Part shown: positions 48,630 to 58,165 of the stretch, piece by piece
Numbering within the stretch: the first letter of the stretch is position 1
Layout: each line of letters opens with the position of its first letter
DNA from: Candidatus Woesearchaeota archaeon
GTDB taxonomy: Archaea; Nanobdellota; Nanobdellia; Pacearchaeales; GW2011-AR1
Assembly: GCA_964608765.1 (NCBI GenBank)
Contig: CAZSPD010000004.1
Span: 658-64,657, forward strand
Length of the DNA stretch: 64,000 nucleotides
Reading direction: 5' to 3'
Translations under genes and position numbers: made by a program
Notes under the pieces: generated by a model
Seen by the model: the letters and a program-made list of their open reading frames with translations, nothing else
Told to the model about the DNA's origin: nothing
Databases searched by the model: none

Positions 48630-50771
48630 CTATCCTTTAACTACGTTTTTTACGAGCTTTTTATCCCATTTATATTCCAAAAGCATTTCTTTCATTCTTT
48701 CATTAGAGTACCCTAAATATCGCGCTTTATTCACCCAATCTGTTAATATTCTTACTTTATATGCTTCGTGCTTCTTCTTTTTGCATGTAATTGAGATTAT
48801 TAGAGATATGCAGATTATGCTTCCTAAGAGCATAATTATAATAATTAGGTAGTTGTTTTTTGAAAGAGCAAGTGAAAGGGTTCCTGTGCGAGTTTTATAG
48901 TCAAGTTCGTTTATATCTTCTTGATATTGTGAAGGACCATAAACATTTTCTTTTTTCTTATTACTGTTTCTGTTGTTGGTTTTAGAAGGAGATTGTTCTG
49001 TAAATATTTCTTTTGTAGGGATTACTTTATTTTGGTTTGTCTCAATTGTTATAGATTCATCATAAAGTATGTTTAAGTAATCTACACTAACAATTTTACT
49101 TTTCCCAGATGAAGATGAACTGCTTGCACTTGTTGCAGTTTTCTCTTTTTCTGAAGGTTCATAATTTGCAATTCCTTCATAGTGTTTAACATCATATTCT
49201 GTAAGGATGCCAACGTTTACAGCTCCATTTTTAGCAGTATAAATTTCACCAGTATCCAAATCCTTTAATGCTTCAATGTTTGTAGATGATACGTCTACAC
49301 TAACACTTATATTAGAAGTTCCAATATTGATGATTGTTACATGCCAAATATTATCCGGATTTAAGCTCGTAACAGATATAATACTTTCATTATTTGAACT
49401 TGAATTTACTATCATGTTTCCTCCCGCGTGATAGTGTGCAAAATCTTTTGTGACGTTGTATGAGGGGTAGTAATCATTGTCCAATTTAGGTTCTGAAACC
49501 ATGGACCACCTTTGAGGATATTCTGGATAATTTTCTTTATCAGAATATTTGTATCTTTCGCTCCATTGATAAATTACAGAAGATGTTTCTTGAGGGTATT
49601 TGTTTAATATGCGCGTATAACTCTGTGAAAGATGGGAGGTGAAACTATTAATGTTTGATGAATTTTTTAGATAATCTGAGTCTAAGTTCCATTCACTTAT
49701 AATTATCCTAGAGCAGTTTAAATTGTAGAAAGAGCAATTTTGCATTAATCTGTCTATTTCTACTCTTATTCTTTCTGTAGAGTAGTATCCACTTGAATTT
49801 CTTGGCTCATGATAAATGTGTTTTGAAATAAAGTCTGCATTATTTCCGATTTCTGATAAAAAGACACTCCATAGATTTGGGGAAGAGCATTGCCATGTTC
49901 CTGAAGGGCCCCCAACATTAATTGAAGGGTATTTGTATTTTATTGCATTGTAGGTTGAGTTGTATAGTTTTACATATTCTTCTGCTTTCTTTATATCATC
50001 ATAGGGTAAGTCGTTTAACCAAAAATTGCTATAAGGTTCATTCCAAACTTCAACATCAACCACTTCAGCATATTTTCCATTTTCAGTTAATCTATCTAAA
50101 TAATCTACAACTATTTCCTTCCAAATATTGTAATCGTAAGGGGGGCAGTTTATAAGTCTGCTTAAATTACATCCTTCAATAGAGATGTTTGCTAACCAAG
50201 ACGGCATATAGTCTACAATTAGTAAAACTTTAATTCCATTCTCATTGGCCCATCTCAATTGCTCTATCTTAGGATTTAAATCCCCTTTAAAATAATAATT
50301 ATTTGTAGATTCATTATAAAAATAATAATGTTGCAAGCTAGCATCCCACCTTATATAATTCATACCTGAATCTAAGAATGCTTGCCTGTGCCACTCTAAA
50401 TCGGAAGGAGATTCAGGTGTTCCATCTTCATCTGCATCAACTTTAGTCCCTTTTCCAAGATAATATCCATGAGTGTTTGTTCCGTAGAAATAATCATTTA
50501 CTTTTCCGACTTCTTCATCGGCCTTTATTGTTACAATTGCAATTGGATTTCTAAATTCATCAATAGCATATCCTGTTGGTGTTAGCTTTTTTTTGAATAG
50601 CGGTGAGAAATCAAATATTTTTTGGTAAGATTCTTTTGAAGGAGAATCTTTCATGATTAAACTGGTTAGGGTTGTTGCTAGTGCTATATTTATTATAATT
50701 ATTCCTAAAGTTACGAACATAAATGTTGATGCATGTATTTTTGTTAGCCGTTTCCCTCTTTTTTTTCTCAT
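48630..50771 (-). CDS. Membrane-anchored clan A glycoside hydrolase (GH39-like)
   Basis: VEVWNEP (acid/base), IIISEWN (nucleophile), VGGPS; N- and C-terminal TMs. Confidence 0.75.
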   Translation of the reverse strand: MRKKRGKRLTKIHASTFMFVTLGIIIINIALATTLTSLIMKDSPSKESYQKIFDFSPLFKKKLTPTGYAIDEFRNPIAIVTIKADEEVGKVNDYFYGTNTHGYYLGKGTKVDADEDGTPESPSDLEWHRQAFLDSGMNYIRWDASLQHYYFYNESTNNYYFKGDLNPKIEQLRWANENGIKVLLIVDYMPSWLANISIEGCNLSRLINCPPYDYNIWKEIVVDYLDRLTENGKYAEVVDVEVWNEPYSNFWLNDLPYDDIKKAEEYVKLYNSTYNAIKYKYPSINVGGPSGTWQCSSPNLWSVFLSEIGNNADFISKHIYHEPRNSSGYYSTERIRVEIDRLMQNCSFYNLNCSRIIISEWNLDSDYLKNSSNINSFTSHLSQSYTRILNKYPQETSSVIYQWSERYKYSDKENYPEYPQRWSMVSEPKLDNDYYPSYNVTKDFAHYHAGGNMIVNSSSNNESIISVTSLNPDNIWHVTIINIGTSNISVSVDVSSTNIEALKDLDTGEIYTAKNGAVNVGILTEYDVKHYEGIANYEPSEKEKTATSASSSSSSGKSKIVSVDYLNILYDESITIETNQNKVIPTKEIFTEQSPSKTNNRNSNKKKENVYGPSQYQEDINELDYKTRTGTLSLALSKNNYLIIIIMLLGSIICISLIISITCKKKKHEAYKVRILTDWVNKARYLGYSNERMKEMLLEYKWDKKLVKNVVKG

Positions 50772-50796
50772 TTTATATTTGTTATTTGTTTATTTT

Positions 50797-51024
50797 TTAT
50801 TCTGTGTCGAATATCCAAGAAATTCCTCTGAGTTTTGTTTGGATTTTCTTGCTTTTTTCAAGATAATCTAAAATTGTCATGAGAGTTATGTGGTTGACTT
50901 TTCTTGGAAGTTTTTTCTTTAAGTCTGCAATTGTTATTGCTTCTTTTTTCAAACTAGTTTTTTTTAGAGTGTCCTCTACCATTAGAATTGTGTTCAGTGT
51001 TGGATAGTGGACACTCTTTTTCAT
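50797..51024 (-). CDS. Small wHTH protein
   Basis: YPTLNTILMVE, TIADLKKKLPRKV...LDYLEKSKKI. Confidence 0.7.
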   Translation of the reverse strand: MKKSVHYPTLNTILMVEDTLKKTSLKKEAITIADLKKKLPRKVNHITLMTILDYLEKSKKIQTKLRGISWIFDTE

Positions 51025-51193
51025 CTCTTTTTAACCAGTTGCGGCTAACTATGATATAGTTATTAATTTGTATCTATTAACTATTTATTTATACTATATT
51101 GATACATATTTGTATTTATAAATATTTGGGGTGTGGAGGAGAGATTTCACTAATATCAATGGTTTATAAATCTCATACCAAAAAATATATAAA

Positions 51194-51229
51194 TACTGAA
51201 AAATCAGTAATATTACTGAAAAATCAGCA
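51194..51229. promoter_or_regulatory. Two tandem palindromic operators of module 2
   Basis: TACTGA-AAAA-TCAGTA (51194-51209) and TACTGA-AAAA-TCAGCA (51214-51229), just downstream of TATATAAA. Confidence 0.7.
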
Positions 51230-51239
51230 ATAATCTAAC

Positions 51240-51899
51240 ATGGAAAAAATAAAGAGAAAACAAGAAGAGGGATTTAGTGCAGTTTTTGGAGATGTTGAGA
51301 TTTCCCATCTAGAAGGAACAATTCTCGCTTCTTTTTTCCCTGAAGCAGAGGAGATGACAATAAAAGAGATTAAAGAGAGGGTGGATTATTCTTATGAGAG
51401 GGTTAATTCTGCACTTAAGTTTCTTACTGAAAAAAAGATAGTTATTGAAAAACAAAAGGGAAAAACCCTCATTTATTCTATTAATATTGAAAGTCCATAT
51501 TCTTATAGCTTAGGATTTAACAGATATATGCTTCAAAGAGAAATAGATTTTATCAAAAGAAATAAGCTAATATACACTGCAATTAAAGAATTGAGTATGC
51601 ATCCATACTCTTGGATGATTGTTTTGTTTGGGAGCTATTCTAAAAATACAGAATCTAAACAGAGTGATGTAGATTTAATCTGTATTTCCAGCAATAAAAA
51701 AGAGACAGAGGATTTTATTCATTCATTAAAACGTAAATATGGGATTAATTTTGCTCCTGTAATACTTCCTTTGCATGAGTTTCCTAATATAAAAAAAGAT
51801 AACCCCGAATTATGGGATGATTTAAAGAAGTATGCAATAATCTTTAAGGGAGGAGATTACTTCTATTCTTGGATGTATAAAGATGAAAATAAGTATTAA
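51240..51899 (+). CDS. wHTH-minimal nucleotidyltransferase (module 2)
   Basis: LFGSYSKNTESKQSDVDL. Confidence 0.9.
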   Translation: MEKIKRKQEEGFSAVFGDVEISHLEGTILASFFPEAEEMTIKEIKERVDYSYERVNSALKFLTEKKIVIEKQKGKTLIYSINIESPYSYSLGFNRYMLQREIDFIKRNKLIYTAIKELSMHPYSWMIVLFGSYSKNTESKQSDVDLICISSNKKETEDFIHSLKRKYGINFAPVILPLHEFPNIKKDNPELWDDLKKYAIIFKGGDYFYSWMYKDENKY

Positions 51900-52398
51900 T
51901 CAATTAATAAAAAAAGGATATCTTTCAAAGGATGATTCTTCCAGAAGTCTCTCTAAAAGATATCTTCAAAAAGCGAGAAATAATTTAATCACCATGAGTT
52001 TGCTTTCTGAGATAAATGCAAGTAAAAAGGTAAGGGATTTGCTAAAAATACCTTCAGATTATAATTCGGATGAGTGGATTGTCATAACAGGATATTATGC
52101 AATGTATTCTTCAGCATTGGCTTTGATTTCTAAGATTGGATATAAAAGCAAGAATCACACTGCTACAATACTTTTGTTAGAAGAATTTTTTATTAAAAAG
52201 AAATTGATGTCTGCAGAAGACTTATCTTTACTAAAGAACGCAATCTTTCAGAAATTTGAAATAGAAAAATTATCTGAAGCAAGACATAAACGTGAGGTAG
52301 CACAATACAGTGTGACTAAGCAAACAACAAAAGAGATTGCTCAAAATGTGATAGAAGATGCTTATAATTTTGTAAATAAAGTGGAATTGATAATTTAG
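51883..52398 (+). CDS. HEPN-domain protein (module 2)
   Basis: WIVITGYYAMYSSA, YKSKNHTAT, KREVAQY. Confidence 0.85.
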   Translation: MKISINQLIKKGYLSKDDSSRSLSKRYLQKARNNLITMSLLSEINASKKVRDLLKIPSDYNSDEWIVITGYYAMYSSALALISKIGYKSKNHTATILLLEEFFIKKKLMSAEDLSLLKNAIFQKFEIEKLSEARHKREVAQYSVTKQTTKEIAQNVIEDAYNFVNKVELII

Positions 52399-52493
52399 TA
52401 TTTTTTCATTTAATTATTCGGGGTGTGGAGGGGAAGAAATTAAAGGGGAGTCGTAATAGAAAAACTTAAATTCTCCATTCTTCTACTTAAATT

Positions 52494-53171
52494 ATGAAAA
52501 TAATTTTATCTGGAGGGGGAAGCGGAGAACAAACTACAGAATTAGATAGCCTCTTTGCTAGTTTATTAGATAAATCTAAACCTCTTTTATATATTCCAAT
52601 TGCAATAGATAATATTAAACACCCTTATCCTGAGTGTTTGAAATGGTTGAAATCTACATTTGATAATTTAGGAGTAACTAAATATGAATTGTGGGCAGAA
52701 CAAGATTTATCAAAATCTAAGGAAGTTCCTCCAGAAAAATTTTCTGGTATTTATATTGGTGGAGGAAACACCTTTTATTTGATACATCAACTAAAGAAAT
52801 CCGGTTTTTGGAATTTTCTTATGAATGCAATTGAATTAGATATTCCAGTATATGGTGGTTCTGCAGGAGCAATTATACTTTCTAAATCTCTTACAACTGC
52901 AAAATACTATGATAAAGATTGGAATGGATTAAAGAACCTTAAAGCAGCAAATTTAGTCAATGGATATGATATTATCTGTCATTACAAAGAAGAGAGAAGA
53001 GATAAATTAAACGAGATACTTTCTCATGAAAAATTAAAGGCTGTTTTACTGACAGAAAGAAGTGGACTATATAATGATGGAAAAAAGGTAATACTTGTGG
53101 GAAAAGATCCTTCAATAGTTGTAAATAAGAAAAAAGAATTTATACTCAAACCAGGAGAAGAATTAAATTAA
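52494..53171 (+). CDS. pepE: Peptidase E family (S51)
   Basis: IYIGGGNTFYL, YGGSAGA catalytic Ser, ICHY. Confidence 0.85.
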   Translation: MKIILSGGGSGEQTTELDSLFASLLDKSKPLLYIPIAIDNIKHPYPECLKWLKSTFDNLGVTKYELWAEQDLSKSKEVPPEKFSGIYIGGGNTFYLIHQLKKSGFWNFLMNAIELDIPVYGGSAGAIILSKSLTTAKYYDKDWNGLKNLKAANLVNGYDIICHYKEERRDKLNEILSHEKLKAVLLTERSGLYNDGKKVILVGKDPSIVVNKKKEFILKPGEELN

Positions 53172-54148
53172 AAATTTTCTTTAACCACTTTTTCCAGTGA
53201 AGATTCCCACCTTTGCCATAATTTATCTTGGTCTTCAATAAATTTCTCCATAAAAGAATATACATTCTTTAAGTAAAGTTCGTAGTTTTCCAATATAATA
53301 TTTAGATTCTTTTTAGCTTCATATAAATTTGAAGAAACTTTGCCAATCTTTTCCTTTTCTATTATTTCAAATTGTTTTTTATCAGAAGTTATACATAAAG
53401 GAATACATCCATAAGATAGTCCATCTAATATAGAATATTCAAAATAATCTCTTAACCCTCCATCGGAACAATGAATTAATATTCTTGCTTCTTCTAATAA
53501 CTTTCTTTTTTCTTTTTCAGATATTCCCAATCCTGAATCTGGGGGAATAAACTTAATATTTTCACCTTCATTCTCTTTAAGTTTTGAAACATAATCTTGA
53601 AATTCCCATGAACCAGCAATAATAAGGGGAAATTCTGTCTTTTTTGCAAAATCTATTGCTAATTTTGGTTTTTTATCTTCAACTATCCTTGATATAAAAA
53701 GGGAAAAATCTTTTTTTATTAAGTTTTTTTTAAGACGTAAATCAAACGGTATATACCCTCCCTCTATTAAATTTATGTTAAATCCCCTGCTCTTATAATA
53801 ATCATTTACTCTTTCTCTATGGGTTAGCCATGGAGTTATCTTAGCTTTAGGGTTTTCTATAAAATTCTTTAAACTATTTCCACTATGGCAAAATTTTATT
53901 TGGTTTCTATTTCTTAATTCTTGGAATTGGTATTTGTCTACTATTGGGATAAAAACTATCTTTGTTGGAGGAACACCTTCTATAGGGCTTATATCCCAAA
54001 TTAAAGAATTATCAAATTTCTTTTCATTCAAATAAACAGGTTTGTTTAACTTTTTGGATATAATTGAAGTCATCCTTTGAGCACCTCCCAATTGAGAATC
54101 ATACTCTGCATAGATTGAGAGATTGTCATAAACTTCCTTAGACAGCAT
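53168..54148 (-). CDS. GT-B fold glycosyltransferase (divergent GT4-like)
   Basis: GGAQRM, FISRIVEDKKP, EYSILDGLSYGCIP. Confidence 0.7.
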   Translation of the reverse strand: MLSKEVYDNLSIYAEYDSQLGGAQRMTSIISKKLNKPVYLNEKKFDNSLIWDISPIEGVPPTKIVFIPIVDKYQFQELRNRNQIKFCHSGNSLKNFIENPKAKITPWLTHRERVNDYYKSRGFNINLIEGGYIPFDLRLKKNLIKKDFSLFISRIVEDKKPKLAIDFAKKTEFPLIIAGSWEFQDYVSKLKENEGENIKFIPPDSGLGISEKEKRKLLEEARILIHCSDGGLRDYFEYSILDGLSYGCIPLCITSDKKQFEIIEKEKIGKVSSNLYEAKKNLNIILENYELYLKNVYSFMEKFIEDQDKLWQRWESSLEKVVKENF

Positions 54149-54512
54149 TTTCTTTCTCTAAACTGCTATTTATATACGAATAGGTTTCTTGTTTGGAATT
54201 CAAGGGTTTAATGAATTTACTCCAATAGTCATAAGAATAAGAAACTAAATTAAATGTATCGAATAATCCATAATTTTCCGAGATATTTTTAACATACTTA
54301 TTAAACTGGTTTTTTGAATCTATATTTGAGTTTCTTATATTCGACATAGAAAGCAAGGTTAAAGACCTAATACTATCTATAATTCCATACCTAGAGTGTT
54401 TTAATTCATTTTTAGGAGTTATTAGTTCAAAAAAAGGTTTATCTCCCAAAGAAATTATTATCCTTAAAAAAATAATTAGAAGAGAATTAAACAATATCCC
54501 TAAATTAACCAA
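54138..54512 (-). CDS. Hypothetical protein or gene remnant
   Basis: 124-aa ORF with a weak TTG start; overlaps the next gene. Confidence 0.35.
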   Translation of the reverse strand: MVNLGILFNSLLIIFLRIIISLGDKPFFELITPKNELKHSRYGIIDSIRSLTLLSMSNIRNSNIDSKNQFNKYVKNISENYGLFDTFNLVSYSYDYWSKFIKPLNSKQETYSYINSSLEKENAV

Positions 54513-54746
54513 AGGAATTTTAAAGGGAAAATATAGATTAAATTAGATAATATCTTCTTCCTTTAGAAAAATTAAATTTATGTTTTATCTTAAAATAATG
54601 TAAGGTTATCTTAGTTAGATAACAGGATTTTCTTCTCACACCTTTTTAAAATATTCCTTAAAATGTTGCATCCAGCACTTATTACTATACGACACCATCG
54701 TAAAGTTTATTGTTCATAAAAACATTTAAATAGTATTGGTTCATAA

Positions 54747-55316
54747 ATGATACATATGGTTCAAAATAGAGACGATATAGAATCTGAAATAATATTGGTT
54801 TTGCTTAAGAATGAGACTCATCTTAGAGAGATAGCAAGGATTCTTGGAGAGTCGCATTCTACGCTATTAAGGAAGATTAAGGATTTGTTAAAAAATAATA
54901 TTTTAGATTATAAAAAACAGGGAAAGAATAAAGTTTTTTTTATTAGGAACAATCTAAAGGCCAGAAATTATGTTTATTCTGCAGAAATCTACAAGTTTAA
55001 CCAACTTCTAAGGAAACATCCAGAATTATCAATAATATTAGGAGATATAAAAAAGAATTTTCCAAGTGGAATGATTCTTCTATTTGGAAGTTATGCTAAG
55101 GGAATTGCAAGAACTGACAGTGATATAGATATTTATCTTGAGACAGAAGATAACAAACTTAAAAATAAAATAAGCGAATTAAATTCAAAATTAAGTATTA
55201 AGATAGGAGCTTTTGAAACAAAATCCTTATTAATTAAAGAAATTATAAAGAATCATATAATAGTAAGAGGTATAGAAGAGTTTTATGAAAGAACTGACTT
55301 TTTTAAGGAAACTTAG
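54747..55316 (+). CDS. wHTH-minimal nucleotidyltransferase (module 3)
   Basis: HLREIARILGESHST, LFGSYAKGIARTDSDIDI; probable start 54756. Confidence 0.9.
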   Translation: MIHMVQNRDDIESEIILVLLKNETHLREIARILGESHSTLLRKIKDLLKNNILDYKKQGKNKVFFIRNNLKARNYVYSAEIYKFNQLLRKHPELSIILGDIKKNFPSGMILLFGSYAKGIARTDSDIDIYLETEDNKLKNKISELNSKLSIKIGAFETKSLLIKEIIKNHIIVRGIEEFYERTDFFKET

Positions 55317-55776
55317 GAAAGATAAAATTCTTCAGTTAGTTGAACCTTCTGAAGAAATGAAATCTTCTTATCTAATTAAAGCAGAAAACTGCCTTAAATC
55401 TGCCAAAATACTTCATCAGAATCAGATTTATGAAAACTCTACATCAGAAGCCTATTACTCTATGTATAATTCACTCTTATCTTTATTATTCAATGCTGGA
55501 ATTAAATCTGAAAATCATTCTGCTTCTATTCTGCTTTTGGATATATTATTTAAAAAGAAAGAGATGGCAAAAACCCTCTTTTGGGCTAAAGGAGAAAGAA
55601 TAGATAAACAATATTATATAGAAACTCAGCAAATTGTAAAAGTAACAAATGAATCTTGCAATGATATGATATTGAAAGCAGAGGAATTTTTAATAAAGAT
55701 GAAATTATTAATATCTGAGATAAGCAACGAGAGTATTAGTTCTGTTAGAAAAGAATTTATAGACTTATTTGGATAA
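55285..55776 (+). CDS. HEPN-domain protein (module 3)
   Basis: EAYYSMYNSL, IKSENHSAS, ERIDKQYY. Confidence 0.85.
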   Translation: MKELTFLRKLRKDKILQLVEPSEEMKSSYLIKAENCLKSAKILHQNQIYENSTSEAYYSMYNSLLSLLFNAGIKSENHSASILLLDILFKKKEMAKTLFWAKGERIDKQYYIETQQIVKVTNESCNDMILKAEEFLIKMKLLISEISNESISSVRKEFIDLFG

Positions 55777-55832
55777 TTTAAGTGTAACTATTGCTCTATT
55801 ACAATATTTGATTTAGTATGATAACTTCCTTC

Positions 55833-55988
55833 TCACACTTTTTTAAAATACTCTTTAAAATGTTTCATCCAGCACTTCTTGTGGAAGATGAAAAACTCCT
55901 TTATTTTTTGTCCTCTTTTACCTATTAGCATTACATATTCGTCTTTTGATTCATCGATTCGATTGGAGCATTTTGAGCAGGTTTTCAT
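55833..55988 (-). CDS. Small Zn-finger-like protein
   Basis: MKTCSKCSNRI...FHKKCW (CxxC...HxxC); ATG at 55988 preferred over the longer ORF call. Confidence 0.65.
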   Translation of the reverse strand: MKTCSKCSNRIDESKDEYVMLIGKRGQKIKEFFIFHKKCWMKHFKEYFKKV

Positions 55989-56052
55989 TTTGGTTAATAT
56001 ATGTATGTAGGTAACTATATTACTATTTAAATATGTGTATACTGATACATAT

Positions 56053-56265
56053 ATGGCTAGTAAACCCATTAACAGAATAATGGAGGAAATCTTTGACTTA
56101 TTAAAAAAAGAAAAAGAATTATCTACAAGGCAATTATCAGTTAATATTGGCTCACAATGGATAACTATTGAAAAAGCTCTTGAATCTATGAAAAAATTAG
56201 AAGTTGTTAAGGAAAGAATTGATAAATTTGATAAAAGAAATACTCGGCTTTGGAGCCTAAAATGA
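56053..56265 (+). CDS. Small wHTH transcriptional regulator
   Basis: LSTRQLSVNIGSQWITIEKALESM, RLWSL; divergent from the Zn-finger gene. Confidence 0.7.
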   Translation: MASKPINRIMEEIFDLLKKEKELSTRQLSVNIGSQWITIEKALESMKKLEVVKERIDKFDKRNTRLWSLK

Positions 56266-56957
56266 AATTTAAGTTGAGGAGACTTGCTAGGGAGTTTAAT
56301 TTGAGATTCAGTGAAACATGGTTTAAACTTATTTGGATATCTAAGAGAGAGAATATACTTCTTGAGTATATGTGGATGTGTCCAGATCCAATTTACATTA
56401 AATATGGTAAAACTTCTTATGAAAGAGCTAAGAACATTGAGTGTTTTATTGATTCAGATGAGTTTAAAGAGTGCTTAGAGAGATTTGGAGGGCAGGTTAT
56501 TGAGAGGAATACTTTCAAAAAGTATTTTCCTGGATGGATAAATGAAATAGAAAATTTGGAGATTCGGAGAGAGCTACATACTATTTATAAGAAGATATCG
56601 GGTGCAATGGGGATGGGTCCTAGAATTGCTGTCTTGACAAAATCTTCTAAAAAAAGTGAGATAGAGAAAATTAAGTCATTTGTTTTATTTCATGAATTCA
56701 TTCATATATTAGTTAATGAAAATAAACTTGATTTTAAAGATTGGAGATACAATGAAGGTTTGGTTACTTATTTACAAGAATTTTCTAATAAAAAGATTAA
56801 TAAGTTGGATGAGGAAGCTAGGAAATCTACTTACAATTTCCAAAAACAGTATTATGTTTATGCTATTAAGTTTAGAGAATTGCTTAAAGGAGATAATGTT
56901 CCAGAAAAAAGAAAACAAAAAATAATCGAACTAAAAAACTCTTTAGGAAGGGGATAA
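56250..56957 (+). CDS. Putative gluzincin-type metallopeptidase
   Basis: FHEFIH followed by YNEGLVTY. Confidence 0.6.
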   Translation: MEPKMKFKLRRLAREFNLRFSETWFKLIWISKRENILLEYMWMCPDPIYIKYGKTSYERAKNIECFIDSDEFKECLERFGGQVIERNTFKKYFPGWINEIENLEIRRELHTIYKKISGAMGMGPRIAVLTKSSKKSEIEKIKSFVLFHEFIHILVNENKLDFKDWRYNEGLVTYLQEFSNKKINKLDEEARKSTYNFQKQYYVYAIKFRELLKGDNVPEKRKQKIIELKNSLGRG

Positions 56958-56976
56958 GAAGAGAAAATAAAAATCT

Positions 56977-57303
56977 TTAGTTTGATCTAACTATCTTTCT
57001 AAGAATATCTCCCAATAATAATCCTATTGAGGCTATTGTTATAGCAGGAAATATAATTAAGATGAGATAGATAACAGTTATAGCAACTACCACCTGACTT
57101 GATGTAAATAGCAACATAAATTCTTCTTTGAAAAGGTAAATTACTACTAGTCCAAGAATACCTAAAATTAAGATAATCCATTCAAGCATATCTCTTACTT
57201 TTTCTAATTTTTTTCTCTTTTCAGATTCTTTTATAAGGAAATACCCAACTACAATAAAAGATATTAAAATCGTTAATATAACTACCCACATTAAATTAAC
57301 CAT
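56977..57303 (-). CDS. Small three-TM membrane protein
   Basis: Hydrophobic 108-aa ORF with its own promoter. Confidence 0.65.
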   Translation of the reverse strand: MVNLMWVVILTILISFIVVGYFLIKESEKRKKLEKVRDMLEWIILILGILGLVVIYLFKEEFMLLFTSSQVVVAITVIYLILIIFPAITIASIGLLLGDILRKIVRSN

Positions 57304-57353
57304 AATAATTACAACATCTTCAACTATTTACGCTTTTCTGTACACTCTATTCT

Positions 57354-57788
57354 TTAATTATTCTTTTGTGCATCTTTCTTCAATTTAAAAAGAAATAGGC
57401 TTCCAAGAATAAATCCTAAAATATCTCCAAAAATAAACTTTATCCACTCTGTACTTTGAATACCTTCTTTTACACAATAGTAAGAAGCATCAGAAATAAT
57501 AAAGGCAATCAAAGAAAGGAAATATGGAAAATTCCAACTTTTATTATCTCTTTTTCTTCCAAGAATAGATTCTACTCCAAAACTAAATATAAGTAATAAT
57601 GTAGGAAGGCCAAATCCCCAAAAGAAATGTTCTAGGAAATTCCTTCCAAAGAAATCATATAATATTACCTCCTTATTAGAGAAGTTCATAAGGAATCTAT
57701 TCATAGATAGGAAAATAACACCGATAAGAACAATTAAGAAAATCATCTTGTATTCTTTTTTTATCATGGCTCTTCTTAATCCTTTCAA
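57354..57788 (-). CDS. Small polytopic membrane protein
   Basis: Hydrophobic; HFFWGF; probable start at MIKKEYK (57767). Confidence 0.65.
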   Translation of the reverse strand: MKGLRRAMIKKEYKMIFLIVLIGVIFLSMNRFLMNFSNKEVILYDFFGRNFLEHFFWGFGLPTLLLIFSFGVESILGRKRDNKSWNFPYFLSLIAFIISDASYYCVKEGIQSTEWIKFIFGDILGFILGSLFLFKLKKDAQKNN

Positions 57789-57802
57789 CTATTTACATAT
57801 TT

Positions 57803-58099
57803 TTATTTTGAATTTAAGACCATTAAAACAGATAGTGTAAGCAATATGAACACTACCCAAAGAAAATTTATAATTGATTTTTTGACTTCACCCCTATTTC
57901 TCAGTTTAATATATACCCCCAATGTGAATATAAGATAACCTAAACAAGCTGTTAAAAATATTGAGTTAAATATTGTTTCTCCAAGTGAATTTAGAAATTT
58001 AATTATTGCATAAGAAAATAAAATCCCCCCTATTATCTCAAATAATCTTCCAAAAGAATATGTATCCTCTTTATTCCCCGGATAAATTCTTTTATTCAT
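57803..58099 (-). CDS. Small three-TM membrane protein
   Basis: Hydrophobic 98-aa ORF. Confidence 0.65.
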   Translation of the reverse strand: MNKRIYPGNKEDTYSFGRLFEIIGGILFSYAIIKFLNSLGETIFNSIFLTACLGYLIFTLGVYIKLRNRGEVKKSIINFLWVVFILLTLSVLMVLNSK

Positions 58100-58165
58100 A
58101 AAAAATAAAGACTTTTATTATTTATAATATTATGTGGGATGAATAGCATATTACTTATTTTTCAT

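Larger units (their letters stand above)
51128..52431. repeat. 12-bp G-rich direct repeat bracketing MNT-HEPN module 2
   Basis: ggggtgtggagg at 51128-51139 and 52420-52431. Confidence 0.6.
54632..55877. repeat. 49-bp imperfect direct repeat (45/49) bracketing MNT-HEPN module 3; duplicates the 3' end of the Zn-finger gene
   Basis: 54632-54680 encodes KCWMQHFKEYFKKV* and 55829-55877 encodes KCWMKHFKEYFKKV* (minus strand). Confidence 0.88.
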
